A stretch of DNA of 64,000 nt from Candidatus Bathyarchaeia archaeon. Its GTDB lineage: Archaea; Thermoproteota; Bathyarchaeia; 40CM-2-53-6. The notes under the pieces were generated by a model. That model had not been told where the DNA came from, did no database searches, and saw nothing but the letters and a program-made list of their open reading frames with translations. The DNA lies in NCBI GenBank assembly GCA_049513715.1, contig JBEKVV010000001.1, forward strand, positions 1 to 64,000. The letters are read 5' to 3'. The translations under genes and the position numbers were made by a program. Of this stretch, positions 1-9,911 are shown one piece after another (within the stretch, counting starts at the first letter, position 1; each line of letters opens with the position of its first letter).

Positions 1-123
1 CTTCTTCTCAGCCACCAGGATCGCAATCATCGTCTTCCCTAAACCTGTGGGTAACACTACGAGCGTGTTTGCCTTCGATGCGACCCCTGAAATGCGTAGC
101 TGATATTCCCGGCTCTCCATCAT
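1..123 (-). CDS. hef: Hef/ERCC4-like DEAD/DEAH-box helicase, N-terminus (continues off the left edge)
   Basis: Manual translation MMESREYQLRISGVASKANTLVVLPTGLGKTMIAILVAEKK: Q-motif REYQ and Walker A LPTGLGKT typical of Hef/MPH1. Confidence 0.85.
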   Translation of the reverse strand, partial: MMESREYQLRISGVASKANTLVVLPTGLGKTMIAILVAEKK

Positions 124-456
124 ACCCACGTTCACAGAGACAACACACAGCACACGTTGGCCGATCAGTCAGACCTCTCTTGATCTGGTCCCCTATTCAC
201 ACTTTCCGAATAGGAGGAATCCATATGCGTCGGTAAATTGGGGTCAAAATCCCCTGACCCGTCCCTGGAGTAAGTCAGCATATCTTAGAAGGCGCCGACG
301 ATTCAAACGCCAATCACTCCCTAGACAATACTAAGTCACGTTGAGTTGTTGCCTTCGTACAATAGCCATTTCTTGATAAGCCTCGAATCGTCCGCCGTCA
401 TGCCACGCCCTGTTCGGCATCCATATGGTTCAAGAAGCCGTTTGTGACTCATCAAA

Positions 457-936
457 ATGCATTTGATTGTGGCTGGTGGGCACAGGATGGAGATGAACTT
501 CAGGCCGCTCAAGCATACTGACTATCCAGAACTGAAAAGGATGATCCATGCGCTTTACGTTGAAGACCCAGTCAACGAACCGATTACAGACAAGAAGATT
601 TCGAAAACAGTCACAGAATTACGCAAGAAGCCGTGCAAAGGTAAAATAATCATCTTCGAAAAAGACAACGTGACAATTGGGTACTCAATCCTGATTTTCT
701 ACTGGAGCAACGAATACGGAGGAGACATATTACACATCGATGAGTTGTATGTCAAACCGGAACATAGAGAACGTGGCGCGGCCACCTGCTTCTTCAAGCA
801 TATTGCTCAGACACACAGGGACAAGGTTGTGGCAGTCCAGCTTGAAGTAAGCCCATCGAACATCAGGGCCATGAACTACTACCAGAAATTGGGATTCAAG
901 AAAGCGAGAAATGTGCACCTGACTCGCACAAGATGA
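457..936 (+). CDS. GNAT family N-acetyltransferase
   Basis: IDELYVKPEHRERG motif A, N..A..YYQKLGF motif B; true start probably a downstream Met. Confidence 0.85.
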   Translation: MHLIVAGGHRMEMNFRPLKHTDYPELKRMIHALYVEDPVNEPITDKKISKTVTELRKKPCKGKIIIFEKDNVTIGYSILIFYWSNEYGGDILHIDELYVKPEHRERGAATCFFKHIAQTHRDKVVAVQLEVSPSNIRAMNYYQKLGFKKARNVHLTRTR

Positions 937-1064
937 TTTACTAAGTTTTTCTTGTGTGTGTGCGCACCATGGGTACACACACCTTTCAGAGATCTACAGT
1001 CTGCTCCAGACGCGGAACTCCTCAAGTGGGAAAACCATCATATCTCAAAGTCCTTTTCGTTCTT

Positions 1065-3416
1065 CTAGCCTAGGCTTGCGACGGTGAGTTGTAGGGTGGT
1101 GGACGCGGTGCTGCCGCCGATCAATGTTCCAGTGATCGATATGGGGTATGTCCCCAGAGGAGTGTCGGCTGAGGAGTTTATGGTCAGGGTTAATGTGGCA
1201 GTTGGCGTGACCGTGTTGCTGCTAAGGGTGTAGGTTACGCCTTGTGGTAGGCCTGAGACGCTGAGCAGAACGGGCTCCGGTGTGCCGCCGGTCGCGATCA
1301 CGGTCACTATGAAGGATCCCTGTCCTCCCCGGTCTATCGCATAGCTTGATGGTGTGACGGATAATGTGAACGTGAATGGGGTGGGCTGCTGCGAGCTAAC
1401 GATATTGACGCCTACGCTGGTGGTTCCTTTGACTCCTGCAAGGTTGGCTGCGGAGAGCGTGACCGTGGCCGGTCCTAGAAAAGTCAAACCTACGGTAGCG
1501 TCGCAGTAACCTGTCTGCTGATAGGTTGAATCTTCTGTGGGGTTGGCTATCACGGTTGAACCGTCGGAGAGGGTGACCTGGAACTGCATATGGCTACAGG
1601 GCACCCAGCCGAGTTCGGATGTGTCGGTGCTGTGTGCATATCCAATCAGCGTATTATCGCCGGCGTTGAGTGAGGCTCCGTATACTGGCGAAACGATTGT
1701 TGGGAGTGGGGCAACTGAGGGTTCGATTATGAGTTGGTAACCTGCGGTATTGCTCAGCTGAGGTAGCCCCCCTGACGCAGGCGGCACCGCGTTCGGAGGT
1801 GGGGTGCCCGTGATTGAGAGATCGTAGGTGCCCGACGATGCGGTCGCGAGGGTATGTATATTCATGGTGCTGATGCACCTACTCCCAGGTTGGAGTGGAA
1901 GACTGAACCCGCATGTTTGACCTGAGAGGTCCTCGGTTCCGAGAGAGGATAGTCCGTCAACGTGCATCGTTATCGGCCCCACCTGCACGCCGTTTACCGA
2001 AATCACATCAACCGTCGCGCTCAAATCGTAGCCCGGATGCACTCCTCCTCCGGTAGGGTCTACGTTGACAGTAAAGAGCATCATATTGCGATCGGGCCCG
2101 AGGGCTTCTCCGTAATTGACGAACTGTGTGCAACCCGGCCCATGTATGTCTTGGCCGAAAGCGGGGTTGCAGCCGGATGCTGAGGAGATCCACCAGTGAG
2201 TGTACGAGTAGTAGCTGGTCATCGACTCGTCGTACTGCGTCAGAGCGCTGCTCTCGCCGGTATCCGCCTCCCGGACGTAGTCATCCGCAGATATGGGTTG
2301 TCCACCACAATCCCGCCACAAGGATGCACCCCCGTTTACCTGGTTAGGGCAGGAGTTTACACCGATGTCTGTCTGCAGCAAGGTATCTTGAAAGTTGGCC
2401 ACCGAGCTTCCACCCGCGCCCATTATTCCCCCGCTTGCTTCACTCCAGCCAAATGCCAGACCGTACGTGTCGGGAGCGACCACATTGAAAATGTGCCCGT
2501 CTAGGAAGGCTACCAATTCCAGGTTTCCATTTGCCCTCACAAATCCCACGATAACAGTCTCCCATGGCGAAGGGTCCTTCTTGGACAGGGGCACGTCGCC
2601 TGGGCCTACGCATGTGGGGTAGTATCCGTCTTGGTTCTTTGTTTGCTTGGCGATGGTTATGTCGACGTTCCATATACAGAGGCGACTTCTATCTTCACAA
2701 CTATATCCAACCACGCCACCATGGAAGCCACAATAGTCTTGGTAGACGAACTGCACCCAGTCAGTGTGCCCGTTGTTTCCGAAGAATGTGTTCGTGTTCA
2801 GTTGAATACTATACGCGCCATCACGAAGGGAACTATCCCACTCCGAACCAAAGTTATGAATATTCACCATAACTAAGCCGTATGTCAGGAGCGTCGGGTG
2901 GCCGGACGGATTACCGGCGTTATTGCTGCCAATGCCTAGAAAGTGGCCTGGAAGGTGCCCGTACTTTAGAACCTCCTCCGAAGAGAGGCAAGTAGCGTTC
3001 GCGAACCCGGCTTGACCATAATCGTAGCATCCAACAGCAGTGGGCGAATTTGGTAGGCTAGAGAAGACTGAAGAAGGCGCGACCATGAAGCTCGAAGCAC
3101 TCGAACTCGTTTCTGCAATCGATGCAATGTTACTCGTCTCAGCGGAGACTCGGCTTGTTGTCACGACTGTCGACGTGCCCGTTGACTGCGACGGCAACGA
3201 CAGCGGTGACTTGGAGAGCAGTTGCTGAATCAGTCCGCTCCCAAACAGGCCTGCGAGAACGAGAAGGGTAATCGTTGCAGCTGCTAACATTCTAGTCCGC
3301 GAAGAACCCACGCTGGACGTAGGACGCTGGACGTAGGGCCTCTTCTGAACAGCACCACACTTTCCGCAATACGTGTCCGTATCTGAGATTTCCGCTCCAC
3401 ACTTCCCACAATACAT
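1065..3416 (-). CDS. Membrane-anchored protein: N-terminal double Zn ribbon, TM helix, Ser-rich linker, putative thermopsin-like domain, Ig-like (NEW3/COG1470-like) repeats
   Basis: MYCGKC...YCGKC, hydrophobic helix, YSIQLNTN...WVQFVY, two GLP.G..T.TLT..G.Y.ISITG repeats; ATG at 3416 just past the upstream gene's stop. Confidence 0.75.
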   Translation of the reverse strand: MYCGKCGAEISDTDTYCGKCGAVQKRPYVQRPTSSVGSSRTRMLAAATITLLVLAGLFGSGLIQQLLSKSPLSLPSQSTGTSTVVTTSRVSAETSNIASIAETSSSASSFMVAPSSVFSSLPNSPTAVGCYDYGQAGFANATCLSSEEVLKYGHLPGHFLGIGSNNAGNPSGHPTLLTYGLVMVNIHNFGSEWDSSLRDGAYSIQLNTNTFFGNNGHTDWVQFVYQDYCGFHGGVVGYSCEDRSRLCIWNVDITIAKQTKNQDGYYPTCVGPGDVPLSKKDPSPWETVIVGFVRANGNLELVAFLDGHIFNVVAPDTYGLAFGWSEASGGIMGAGGSSVANFQDTLLQTDIGVNSCPNQVNGGASLWRDCGGQPISADDYVREADTGESSALTQYDESMTSYYSYTHWWISSASGCNPAFGQDIHGPGCTQFVNYGEALGPDRNMMLFTVNVDPTGGGVHPGYDLSATVDVISVNGVQVGPITMHVDGLSSLGTEDLSGQTCGFSLPLQPGSRCISTMNIHTLATASSGTYDLSITGTPPPNAVPPASGGLPQLSNTAGYQLIIEPSVAPLPTIVSPVYGASLNAGDNTLIGYAHSTDTSELGWVPCSHMQFQVTLSDGSTVIANPTEDSTYQQTGYCDATVGLTFLGPATVTLSAANLAGVKGTTSVGVNIVSSQQPTPFTFTLSVTPSSYAIDRGGQGSFIVTVIATGGTPEPVLLSVSGLPQGVTYTLSSNTVTPTATLTLTINSSADTPLGTYPISITGTLIGGSTASTTLQLTVASLG

Positions 3417-3417
3417 G

Positions 3418-4587
3418 CTAAGCGCCCTCCCGAAGTTTTGCGCCACACTTTCTGCAATAACTATTCGTGGGGGGGTTTTGGGTTCCGCAGTGGGGGCAGT
3501 AGGTTACGTTAGCGGTTTGTGGTTGAGTCTGCGCGGCTGGACCTGTGCTTCTTCGTCGACCACTAAGCAATACCGCTGCTAAAGCTATCACCAGGATGGC
3601 GATTATGAGGAGGCTGTTCTGTTGAAGCAGGCCGATTACGTCGCTCGAAGTGGTCTGCGTGTTGCTTATGGAACTCTCCGTGCTTGTTGGACTGGACTGA
3701 ACTGTTGCTGTTTGAGTTACGACGCTCGTGACGGTGGCTACGAGGCTCGAGGTAGTAGTGGTGGGTGGGGTGGTTATGGTGACAGGTGCCGTGCTAACAC
3801 TATTTGATTGAGTCACAATGAGAGTCCCACCAGTCTGATGCGTGACACCCGAAACCGATCCGATTATGGTGAACGGGTAGCTTCCCGTAGGAGTCGTAGG
3901 GGAAGTCGTGATGGTTAAAGCTCCGTTCTGCGAGAGACCATAATCTATCCCCGGCCCAAGTCCCGTCAACTGAACGTTGATCATTGTTCCAGCATACGAG
4001 GGATCGCTATACATCACCTCAACAGCGTAGGTGGCTGTTCCACCCTGCACCACCGAGACGGTGGAAGGGGAAACCGACAGCGCAAAGTCGAACCCAGGAC
4101 CCGAAGGTAGGGACCAAGTTGGAGTTGGTGTTATTGAAGTTGTTCTGGACACAAAAGTCATAATGGTCGCCATGGTTGGCATTGAAGTAGTGGTAGTTGT
4201 AGCATAGTTCCCGGGTAGGGGAGTCCACCAACTCTCCTCGTTTCCGTCTGCTTCCGCGCCATTAGGACAATTCAAGGGGTCTGGTCCCCAACACCCTATT
4301 ATCATGTCCCCGTAACCATGGTCTTGTGTTAGACCAGTGACAACGCATGACACGTCTACAGGACCAGCGTCTGCGGACCTCTCGCCAGTGCAGCCGACCG
4401 GTATCCACGTTTGTGAGCCCTCCTCGTCATGCATCATAATAACCCACCAAGTATCCTGCCCATTCGGGTTAACATATGCACTTAGGTGAGCACCGGTAGG
4501 ACCGGGATCGACCGAGTACGTCTTAACGATCGGTTGCGCGTAGGCAATCCTAACAGTCGGGAGCAGAACCAGAAGAGGAACAAGCAT
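3418..4587 (-). CDS. Secreted/membrane protein with Ig-like domain, Thr/Ser-rich stalk, C-terminal TM and cytoplasmic double Zn ribbon
   Basis: Signal-like N-terminus, DFALSVSPSTVSVVQG domain, TM followed by RRR, YCPHCG..YCRKCG. Confidence 0.75.
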   Translation of the reverse strand: MLVPLLVLLPTVRIAYAQPIVKTYSVDPGPTGAHLSAYVNPNGQDTWWVIMMHDEEGSQTWIPVGCTGERSADAGPVDVSCVVTGLTQDHGYGDMIIGCWGPDPLNCPNGAEADGNEESWWTPLPGNYATTTTTSMPTMATIMTFVSRTTSITPTPTWSLPSGPGFDFALSVSPSTVSVVQGGTATYAVEVMYSDPSYAGTMINVQLTGLGPGIDYGLSQNGALTITTSPTTPTGSYPFTIIGSVSGVTHQTGGTLIVTQSNSVSTAPVTITTPPTTTTSSLVATVTSVVTQTATVQSSPTSTESSISNTQTTSSDVIGLLQQNSLLIIAILVIALAAVLLSGRRRSTGPAAQTQPQTANVTYCPHCGTQNPPTNSYCRKCGAKLREGA

Positions 4588-5342
4588 CAGGAGGACGACT
4601 ACGCAGATTCTTGTCTTCGCATAGAAAGAACGTTGCGAGAGGAAACCTCTATGATACAGTAACTAGCCCCTTCTGCATGATTTGCAATATGCTGTCATAC
4701 CGTCTATTGCGGTTTGCGCCTATTCATGAAACATCAAGTTAAGAGCGCTCCAACCGCGTGAGATGCAAAGGTCAACCGTCGTTCAGGCTTCGATTTGTGT
4801 GTGGGTCTACTGGTGCGCACACACGGGTACATCTTCATCTTTTCTGGCAACGGAAAGACCATGTCGGTTCAAACAAATCATTGTAGAATTCGTTAGGGTC
4901 CCTGTTTCACACCTTGCAAACGTAGGCGCTTATGTACCGGTAAATTGGGGCTGAAATCCCCTTCCCCATCTCTGAACGGAATCTTCCGCAAGTACCGAAT
5001 CATGAAGATGATCCGTTATGCGGAAGTATGCGAGGTTCATGGAGTTTTCAGGAACTTTGTAGTTCTTTCCAGTAACGCTCACCCCAGTATTCCCTCACCG
5101 CTCCCACGTAGAAAGCAACACGAATACTGCCCTGCCGTTGATGTCCCCAGGTTTGTGACCACGTAGTCGATCACGTTTTTCACACTGCTCATCCCTTTCC
5201 CTCTTCTTCGTTTGGCCAGCAATTTGATTCAGTTCTTTAATGACGGGAAGAGTAGCAGATGATTACGGACATGACCAAGAAAAGTTCTTGGATGGCTTCA
5301 TGGTATAGTCGCATAGGTTTGTCTAAATCGTAACTGGGGCAT

Positions 5343-5912
5343 GTGAGGATGAGGGTCAATCGAGCGGACTGCGCTCTTCTCGTCGTCGACGTTCAGGATC
5401 GAATAATCGACACCATAGCCGAACACGAAGCGGTTGTGCAGAACATCAAATCGCTCATCAAAACGTCCGAAGCCTTGAACGTCCCAATATTGTCGACGGA
5501 ACAGGAGAAACTCGGCGAAACCGTACCTGAACTTAAGAAGCTCTTACCGAACCCCGCGGTCCGGAAGGTGAACTTCAGCTGTTGCGGGAATGCAGATTTC
5601 ATGAAGAAACTCACCGAGACCCGCAAGCGGGTCGTCATTGTTTGCGGCATCGAAACCCACATTTGCGTATTGCAGACAGCGCTTGATCTGCTTGAGCATC
5701 GTTATCGCGTTCTGATCGTAAGGGACGCCACTTCATCACATGCCGTCCTGGATCGGGAAACGGCCTTGAACAGAATGGCAGATTCCGGTGCCACAATCAC
5801 AACCACTGAAGCAGCAATCTACGAGTTGACTGAGAAGGCCGGTACAGACGAGTTCAGAAAAATACTTGAGATCGTCAAAGACGAAAGAGCAGCGCACTCA
5901 AAATCACCCTAG
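5343..5912 (+). CDS. Isochorismatase-family hydrolase (YcaC/ISOC-like)
   Basis: ALLVVDVQ, TEQ..LG.TV, K.FSCC, CGIETHICVLQTALDL. Confidence 0.92.
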   Translation: MRMRVNRADCALLVVDVQDRIIDTIAEHEAVVQNIKSLIKTSEALNVPILSTEQEKLGETVPELKKLLPNPAVRKVNFSCCGNADFMKKLTETRKRVVIVCGIETHICVLQTALDLLEHRYRVLIVRDATSSHAVLDRETALNRMADSGATITTTEAAIYELTEKAGTDEFRKILEIVKDERAAHSKSP

Positions 5913-6073
5913 AGCCGCTCTGCCACAGCTTCCAACGTACTCTAACTTCGAAAGTTGTTGGTTACTGCTTTGTGCCCTTCGGTTTAGCGACCTTTCCGGC
6001 GATCTTTGAGGAACCGGAGATGAAAACCCTCTTCGAGCTGAGCGAAGAACTCAAGCTCGGCGCGCAGCATTCC

Positions 6074-6496
6074 TCAAGTGGGAATGATTGGCTGCTTGAG
6101 GTCAAATTCGTTTCCATCAGAGTCTTGGAACTCACATAGCCATTCTCCCCAGTCCATCTTTCTTGGCGGGTAGTTGAAACGGACGCCCTTCGCAATCATG
6201 CGCGCATAAGCTCCGTTGATGTCGTTGGTTAGGAAGGTAATGCCCGTAGGCCCCGGCTCAGTTTTGTGATCGGACAGTTCGCAGAGATGGATCCTTGTCA
6301 AAGGTCTTGTTGGTCCGAGCTCGATCCAGTGGCCTGGATTCTCAGGGGACCCTTGCACATTAGAGTCACTGTTAGGCTCGGGTGGGCCGACGTAAGCCAC
6401 CGGCACTCCAAGCACGTCACGGTACCACTCAATGGCCTTTCTACGGTCCGAGACAACGATGGCTACTGTATCGACTCCCAATATTGCCATGCCCAA
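6074..6496 (-). CDS. VOC/glyoxalase family protein
   Basis: VAIVVSDRRKAIEWYRDVLG and F.DSDGNEF motifs. Confidence 0.9.
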   Translation of the reverse strand: MGMAILGVDTVAIVVSDRRKAIEWYRDVLGVPVAYVGPPEPNSDSNVQGSPENPGHWIELGPTRPLTRIHLCELSDHKTEPGPTGITFLTNDINGAYARMIAKGVRFNYPPRKMDWGEWLCEFQDSDGNEFDLKQPIIPT

Positions 6497-6587
6497 TGTT
6501 CCCCAATACGCAAGCTCAAGCGCATTGAGACATCAAGCTAACTTTAGAAACCATCTATGCCCCTGCTAGGGTAGCTTTGGCAGGCGC

Positions 6588-6890
6588 TTGCCACAGAACT
6601 GTTCAAAATGCCTACCTACCACATTACTGGAACCGGTTCAGGATCCGCCGCAGGGGGGCCCGAGCTTGAAGGAACACCTACACGAATACGACGACAACTG
6701 GAAGTGCAAATGCGGACAAAAACTGGTAGTCGATGTCCTAGAGGGCAAAATCACCATCAAAGGGTTCATGACCCCAGACGGGAAATTCGTCCCATTATCT
6801 GAAGCTCAGGGACCAGCTGAAAGTAAACGCGCCAAAGGGACCAGTGAAGCGAAAAAGAGCGACGGCGATGATTCGCTTGAAGAAGAGTGA
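6588..6890 (+). CDS. Small putative Zn-binding protein
   Basis: CSKC, HLH, CKC and acidic tail; TTG start. Confidence 0.55.
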   Translation: MPQNCSKCLPTTLLEPVQDPPQGGPSLKEHLHEYDDNWKCKCGQKLVVDVLEGKITIKGFMTPDGKFVPLSEAQGPAESKRAKGTSEAKKSDGDDSLEEE

Positions 6891-6932
6891 GTAAGCAACG
6901 ACCAAAAGCGTTGCTTAGGTTGGTTCACGATT

Positions 6933-7223
6933 TTAGAGAGTGCTTGTTTCGATTTCTTCCAGGAAGAACACGGTAGGCTGGTCTAGGACACCTGCTTTCT
7001 TCATCACTTCTGCCAAGGCAGGGTCGGAGAACATCGGTTTAGCTTTGTCCAGGTCTTCGCATTCGAAGATTATGACGAGTTCGCTCTTGTCATTCTTGTT
7101 GCGCGTTAGATGCCAGCTAGTGAAACCTGATTCTCGTTGCCGTTTCGCGTCGGCGACGAAAAATGGCTTCCACGCGTTGATGTCTCGGACCTTGTGGCGA
7201 ACAATAACTTTTCCTTTGCTCAT
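6933..7223 (-). CDS. Small dimeric alpha/beta-barrel (ABM/cyclase-like) protein
   Basis: IVRHKVRD..WKP.F ... MKKAGVLDQP pattern. Confidence 0.75.
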   Translation of the reverse strand: MSKGKVIVRHKVRDINAWKPFFVADAKRQRESGFTSWHLTRNKNDKSELVIIFECEDLDKAKPMFSDPALAEVMKKAGVLDQPTVFFLEEIETSTL

Positions 7224-7246
7224 TCGAAGAACCTCAATTGTGCCCT

Positions 7247-7540
7247 CTATTTGGCGGAGAAGATTGCGTGGGTTGGGTAGATTTCAACTTGGGGTTCGCT
7301 TTTGATTCCTAGTTGCTGAACTCCAGGCATCAGCCTGCTTTTAGTGAAGTTGTCGAAATCGTTCGCTGAATCCCAAACATCCACTGCTCGTATTCCTTCT
7401 TTGTCGAATGCTGCGACGTGAGATTGGAGTCCCTTTGGTTTGTTTCCTTCCCAGTTGACGATTTTCCTCAATTGTTCGTAGTGTTCGGGGGTAACCCCTT
7501 TCCACTTCATCATCATTACGATGGGCATTTGCTCATGCAC
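7247..7540 (-). CDS. Small dimeric alpha/beta-barrel protein
   Basis: GVTPEHYE..P.GL.SHVA..G.R.VDVWDS..F..F..RL.P pattern. Confidence 0.75.
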   Translation of the reverse strand: MHEQMPIVMMMKWKGVTPEHYEQLRKIVNWEGNKPKGLQSHVAAFDKEGIRAVDVWDSANDFDNFTKSRLMPGVQQLGIKSEPQVEIYPTHAIFSAK

Positions 7541-7556
7541 CTTCTATCGATTGGGC

Positions 7557-7973
7557 TTACTTGAATTTCTTCAGGGCCGCGTTGTCTTCGTTGAAGGTTT
7601 CCTCGAGGAAACCGAGGGCCGCTTTCTTGGTTGCTTCGTCGTTTAGTCCCTGCATTTTGAATTCTCCTGCGACCTCTACCTTGGTCTTGTCTCCCATCGG
7701 GGTATAGGTGTGGGTGTGTTTCGTTCCAACTTGGGGGCCTGCTAGGATTTCCATGTCGAAGCTTTTCGGCGGGTTAAAGGTGAACTTCGCTGTTCCCTTG
7801 TACGTTTTTCCGTCGGGGCCGGTCATCTCACTCTCCGCAACCATGTGTTTGTCGGATTGTTCAAGGATTTTTGAGAACCGGACCGATCGGTGTTCATGTG
7901 TTTGGTCATTCAGGAAACGCCATATCTTATCCACTGGGGCGTCGAAAACGCCTTCGTCTTTTAGGTATACCAT
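7557..7973 (-). CDS. SRPBCC/START-fold protein
   Basis: FDAPVDKIW N-terminal motif, C-terminal helix; ATG at 7973. Confidence 0.75.
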   Translation of the reverse strand: MVYLKDEGVFDAPVDKIWRFLNDQTHEHRSVRFSKILEQSDKHMVAESEMTGPDGKTYKGTAKFTFNPPKSFDMEILAGPQVGTKHTHTYTPMGDKTKVEVAGEFKMQGLNDEATKKAALGFLEETFNEDNAALKKFK

Positions 7974-8134
7974 AACAATCACATTCCATACGTCATAATG
8001 CTATTATTAAACATAAAAAACTTCGCGGATGACCCGGCTCAGAAGCGCTCTGAAGGGTACCCCCACACATCGGGTCTACCCAATCTTGTGGCCCTTACCC
8101 GCATCCAGTGGTAGCTGCCACCCTGACTGGCAGG

Positions 8135-8313
8135 GGGATGTCTGACACCCAACGTTTGGATGTCAGACACCCTGACAAGGAACGGATGGTGATGTCACCT
8201 CACCCGCAGGTGATGTCCCCCCTATGGGGGGGGGTCTCGCATCGAAAGTTTCAGCCGTGATGCTGCCTGCCCCACGAAGTGGCATTACTTTCTACGCCAA
8301 GTGGGACTACTTT
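8135..8313. repeat. Array of phased imperfect palindromes/direct repeats (4x GATGTC core, 2x AAGTGGNNNTACTTT) with a G9 run
   Basis: GATGTC at 8137, 8159, 8191, 8212; AAGTGG..TACTTT at 8277 and 8299; G-run 8226-8234. Confidence 0.7.
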
Positions 8314-8868
8314 GCTGGGTAAGCGTAGAGGAAGGCGGCAACGTAGACGGGTTACTGGCCACTTAACGGGATTTGTGGCCTGCTGCTAGCGTCCTTGGTA
8401 TTCTAGGGGGCTGCCCCCACTGTTGGTGGATTAGTTTTCGGTCCCAGAACGACATGATGCTGGTTGGTCTGTTTACCAGAAGATGTACCCCAGGTACTGC
8501 GGCGTTTGAGTTCCGTTAGCTTATTGATTCGTTACCCGCTATTCACGTCATTTCTCATGCGTCCGTCGAGAGGGCAGAGAAAAGGATGTCTTATGTGAGC
8601 ATATGCTAGAATTTTCTCTGTTCTAGCGTTTCTGCACACATGACATGCCCACATGCCACGCCTCGTGGAGGCTGGATTCTACGAGAACACCGCGGAAGCG
8701 ATCTGCGCCGGAATACATGTACTCACCCACGAACTACCGCAAGAAGCCAAAGCTCTCTTTTTTCCTTCGTTTTAGTCAGAGTGACTGACGGCTGTGTCGA
8801 GTACAATAGTTGCATGCCCCTGTCGAAAGTTATCGTAGTGCTGTTTTTATTCCATCACACATCTTGTT

Positions 8869-9246
8869 GTGGGTATGGCAATAGACCGCGAGCTCTTGAA
8901 GCATATCTTGGAGCATTACAAACACAGATTGGATGAGTTCCTTCAGGAAGAGAACATAAGACCGGTTGCCAGCGGACACTTCAGCAAACACATAAACGAT
9001 CTGAAGCTCAGAGTCGACGAAGCTCTATCCGCATTAGATTCACTCAAATCCGACATAGACACCGAAGCCAAGAGTTGGGGAAGAAGCTATAGCGATATTC
9101 TGAAACCAGCCGTATCACAATACGAGAAAGACGCAAAACAATTTCTGACCGAAGCGAATGCGAAATTGTCCAAACCTGATCTTCACCAATTGGAGATTGA
9201 GTTGGCAAGAATAGCCGCGGAAATAGTTACACTCCTAAACCTGTAG
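8869..9246 (+). CDS. Hypothetical helical protein
   Basis: 125-aa ORF with amphipathic helical composition. Confidence 0.55.
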   Translation: MGMAIDRELLKHILEHYKHRLDEFLQEENIRPVASGHFSKHINDLKLRVDEALSALDSLKSDIDTEAKSWGRSYSDILKPAVSQYEKDAKQFLTEANAKLSKPDLHQLEIELARIAAEIVTLLNL

Positions 9247-9327
9247 GAGGAGGAACACGGCGATTCACAAGTCCGTGACTTGTGAGGTCTGCGCCGAAAT
9301 CAAGACCGCAATGGCAACTACCAATGG

Positions 9328-9456
9328 TCAGACGGAGACTCTCACCTGAACCTCATGTGGCTTTGGTCTGATAACCCAATCTTGGTTGCAAGTTCGACAG
9401 TAGTAGCGGTCTAAGATAAGACGCATCAAATCATTCGCACACGTAGGACACTTCAT
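9328..9456 (-). CDS. Small Zn-ribbon protein (42 aa)
   Basis: MKCPTC...YYCRTC from ATG 9456. Confidence 0.55.
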   Translation of the reverse strand: MKCPTCANDLMRLILDRYYCRTCNQDWVIRPKPHEVQVRVSV

Positions 9457-9600
9457 GATCAACCTATAGTCGCAACCGAGTCTTACAGTTATGGGCCCAG
9501 TTTCGGTCCATGGAAAGAGTGACTTTTTTTCTTTTTTCTCAGTTCTCAATTAGCTCCTGGATCTTCCCTTCTGGGACGCCAAGCGACTTGAGCCCAAGAG

Positions 9601-9840
9601 CTAGGTCAAGTCGTTAAGCCCTTTCCTACATTCTCCCACTGCTGTCTTTGGATCGTCAACGATCTTGTAACAAAACGTGTATTGTCCATGTTTTCCTAGA
9701 TCATTATGGCCATGTTCAACTTCGATGAGCCATGCGTTTTCGATCTTCTTGCTTAGCGGATTGGGATGTGGAATAATGGCGCGAGTACACTCATGACCCA
9801 TTCTCAAAAGCGCATAGAAGATGGCATCGTCTTTCTCCAA
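9601..9840 (-). CDS. Hypothetical protein
   Basis: 79-aa ORF in a cluster of small ORFs. Confidence 0.4.
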   Translation of the reverse strand: MEKDDAIFYALLRMGHECTRAIIPHPNPLSKKIENAWLIEVEHGHNDLGKHGQYTFCYKIVDDPKTAVGECRKGLNDLT

Positions 9841-9911
9841 AGTAGACCACTATTATGACTGCCCGCCTCAGAGCTTAATAGGTAAACCGTCGAACGATGT
9901 TTTGGTTGCGC

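Noticed and set aside
241..260. GGGTCA-N8-TGACCC palindrome between hef and the GNAT gene
   Set aside because: Single short occurrence; cannot be distinguished from chance
4830..5300. Short ORFs in the intergenic region
   Set aside because: No recognisable motifs in any frame I translated
8103..8137. ORB-like TCCAGTGG...GGGGG suggesting a chromosomal origin
   Set aside because: Lacks the GAAA core, single copy, no cdc6/orc1 or AT-rich unwinding element nearby
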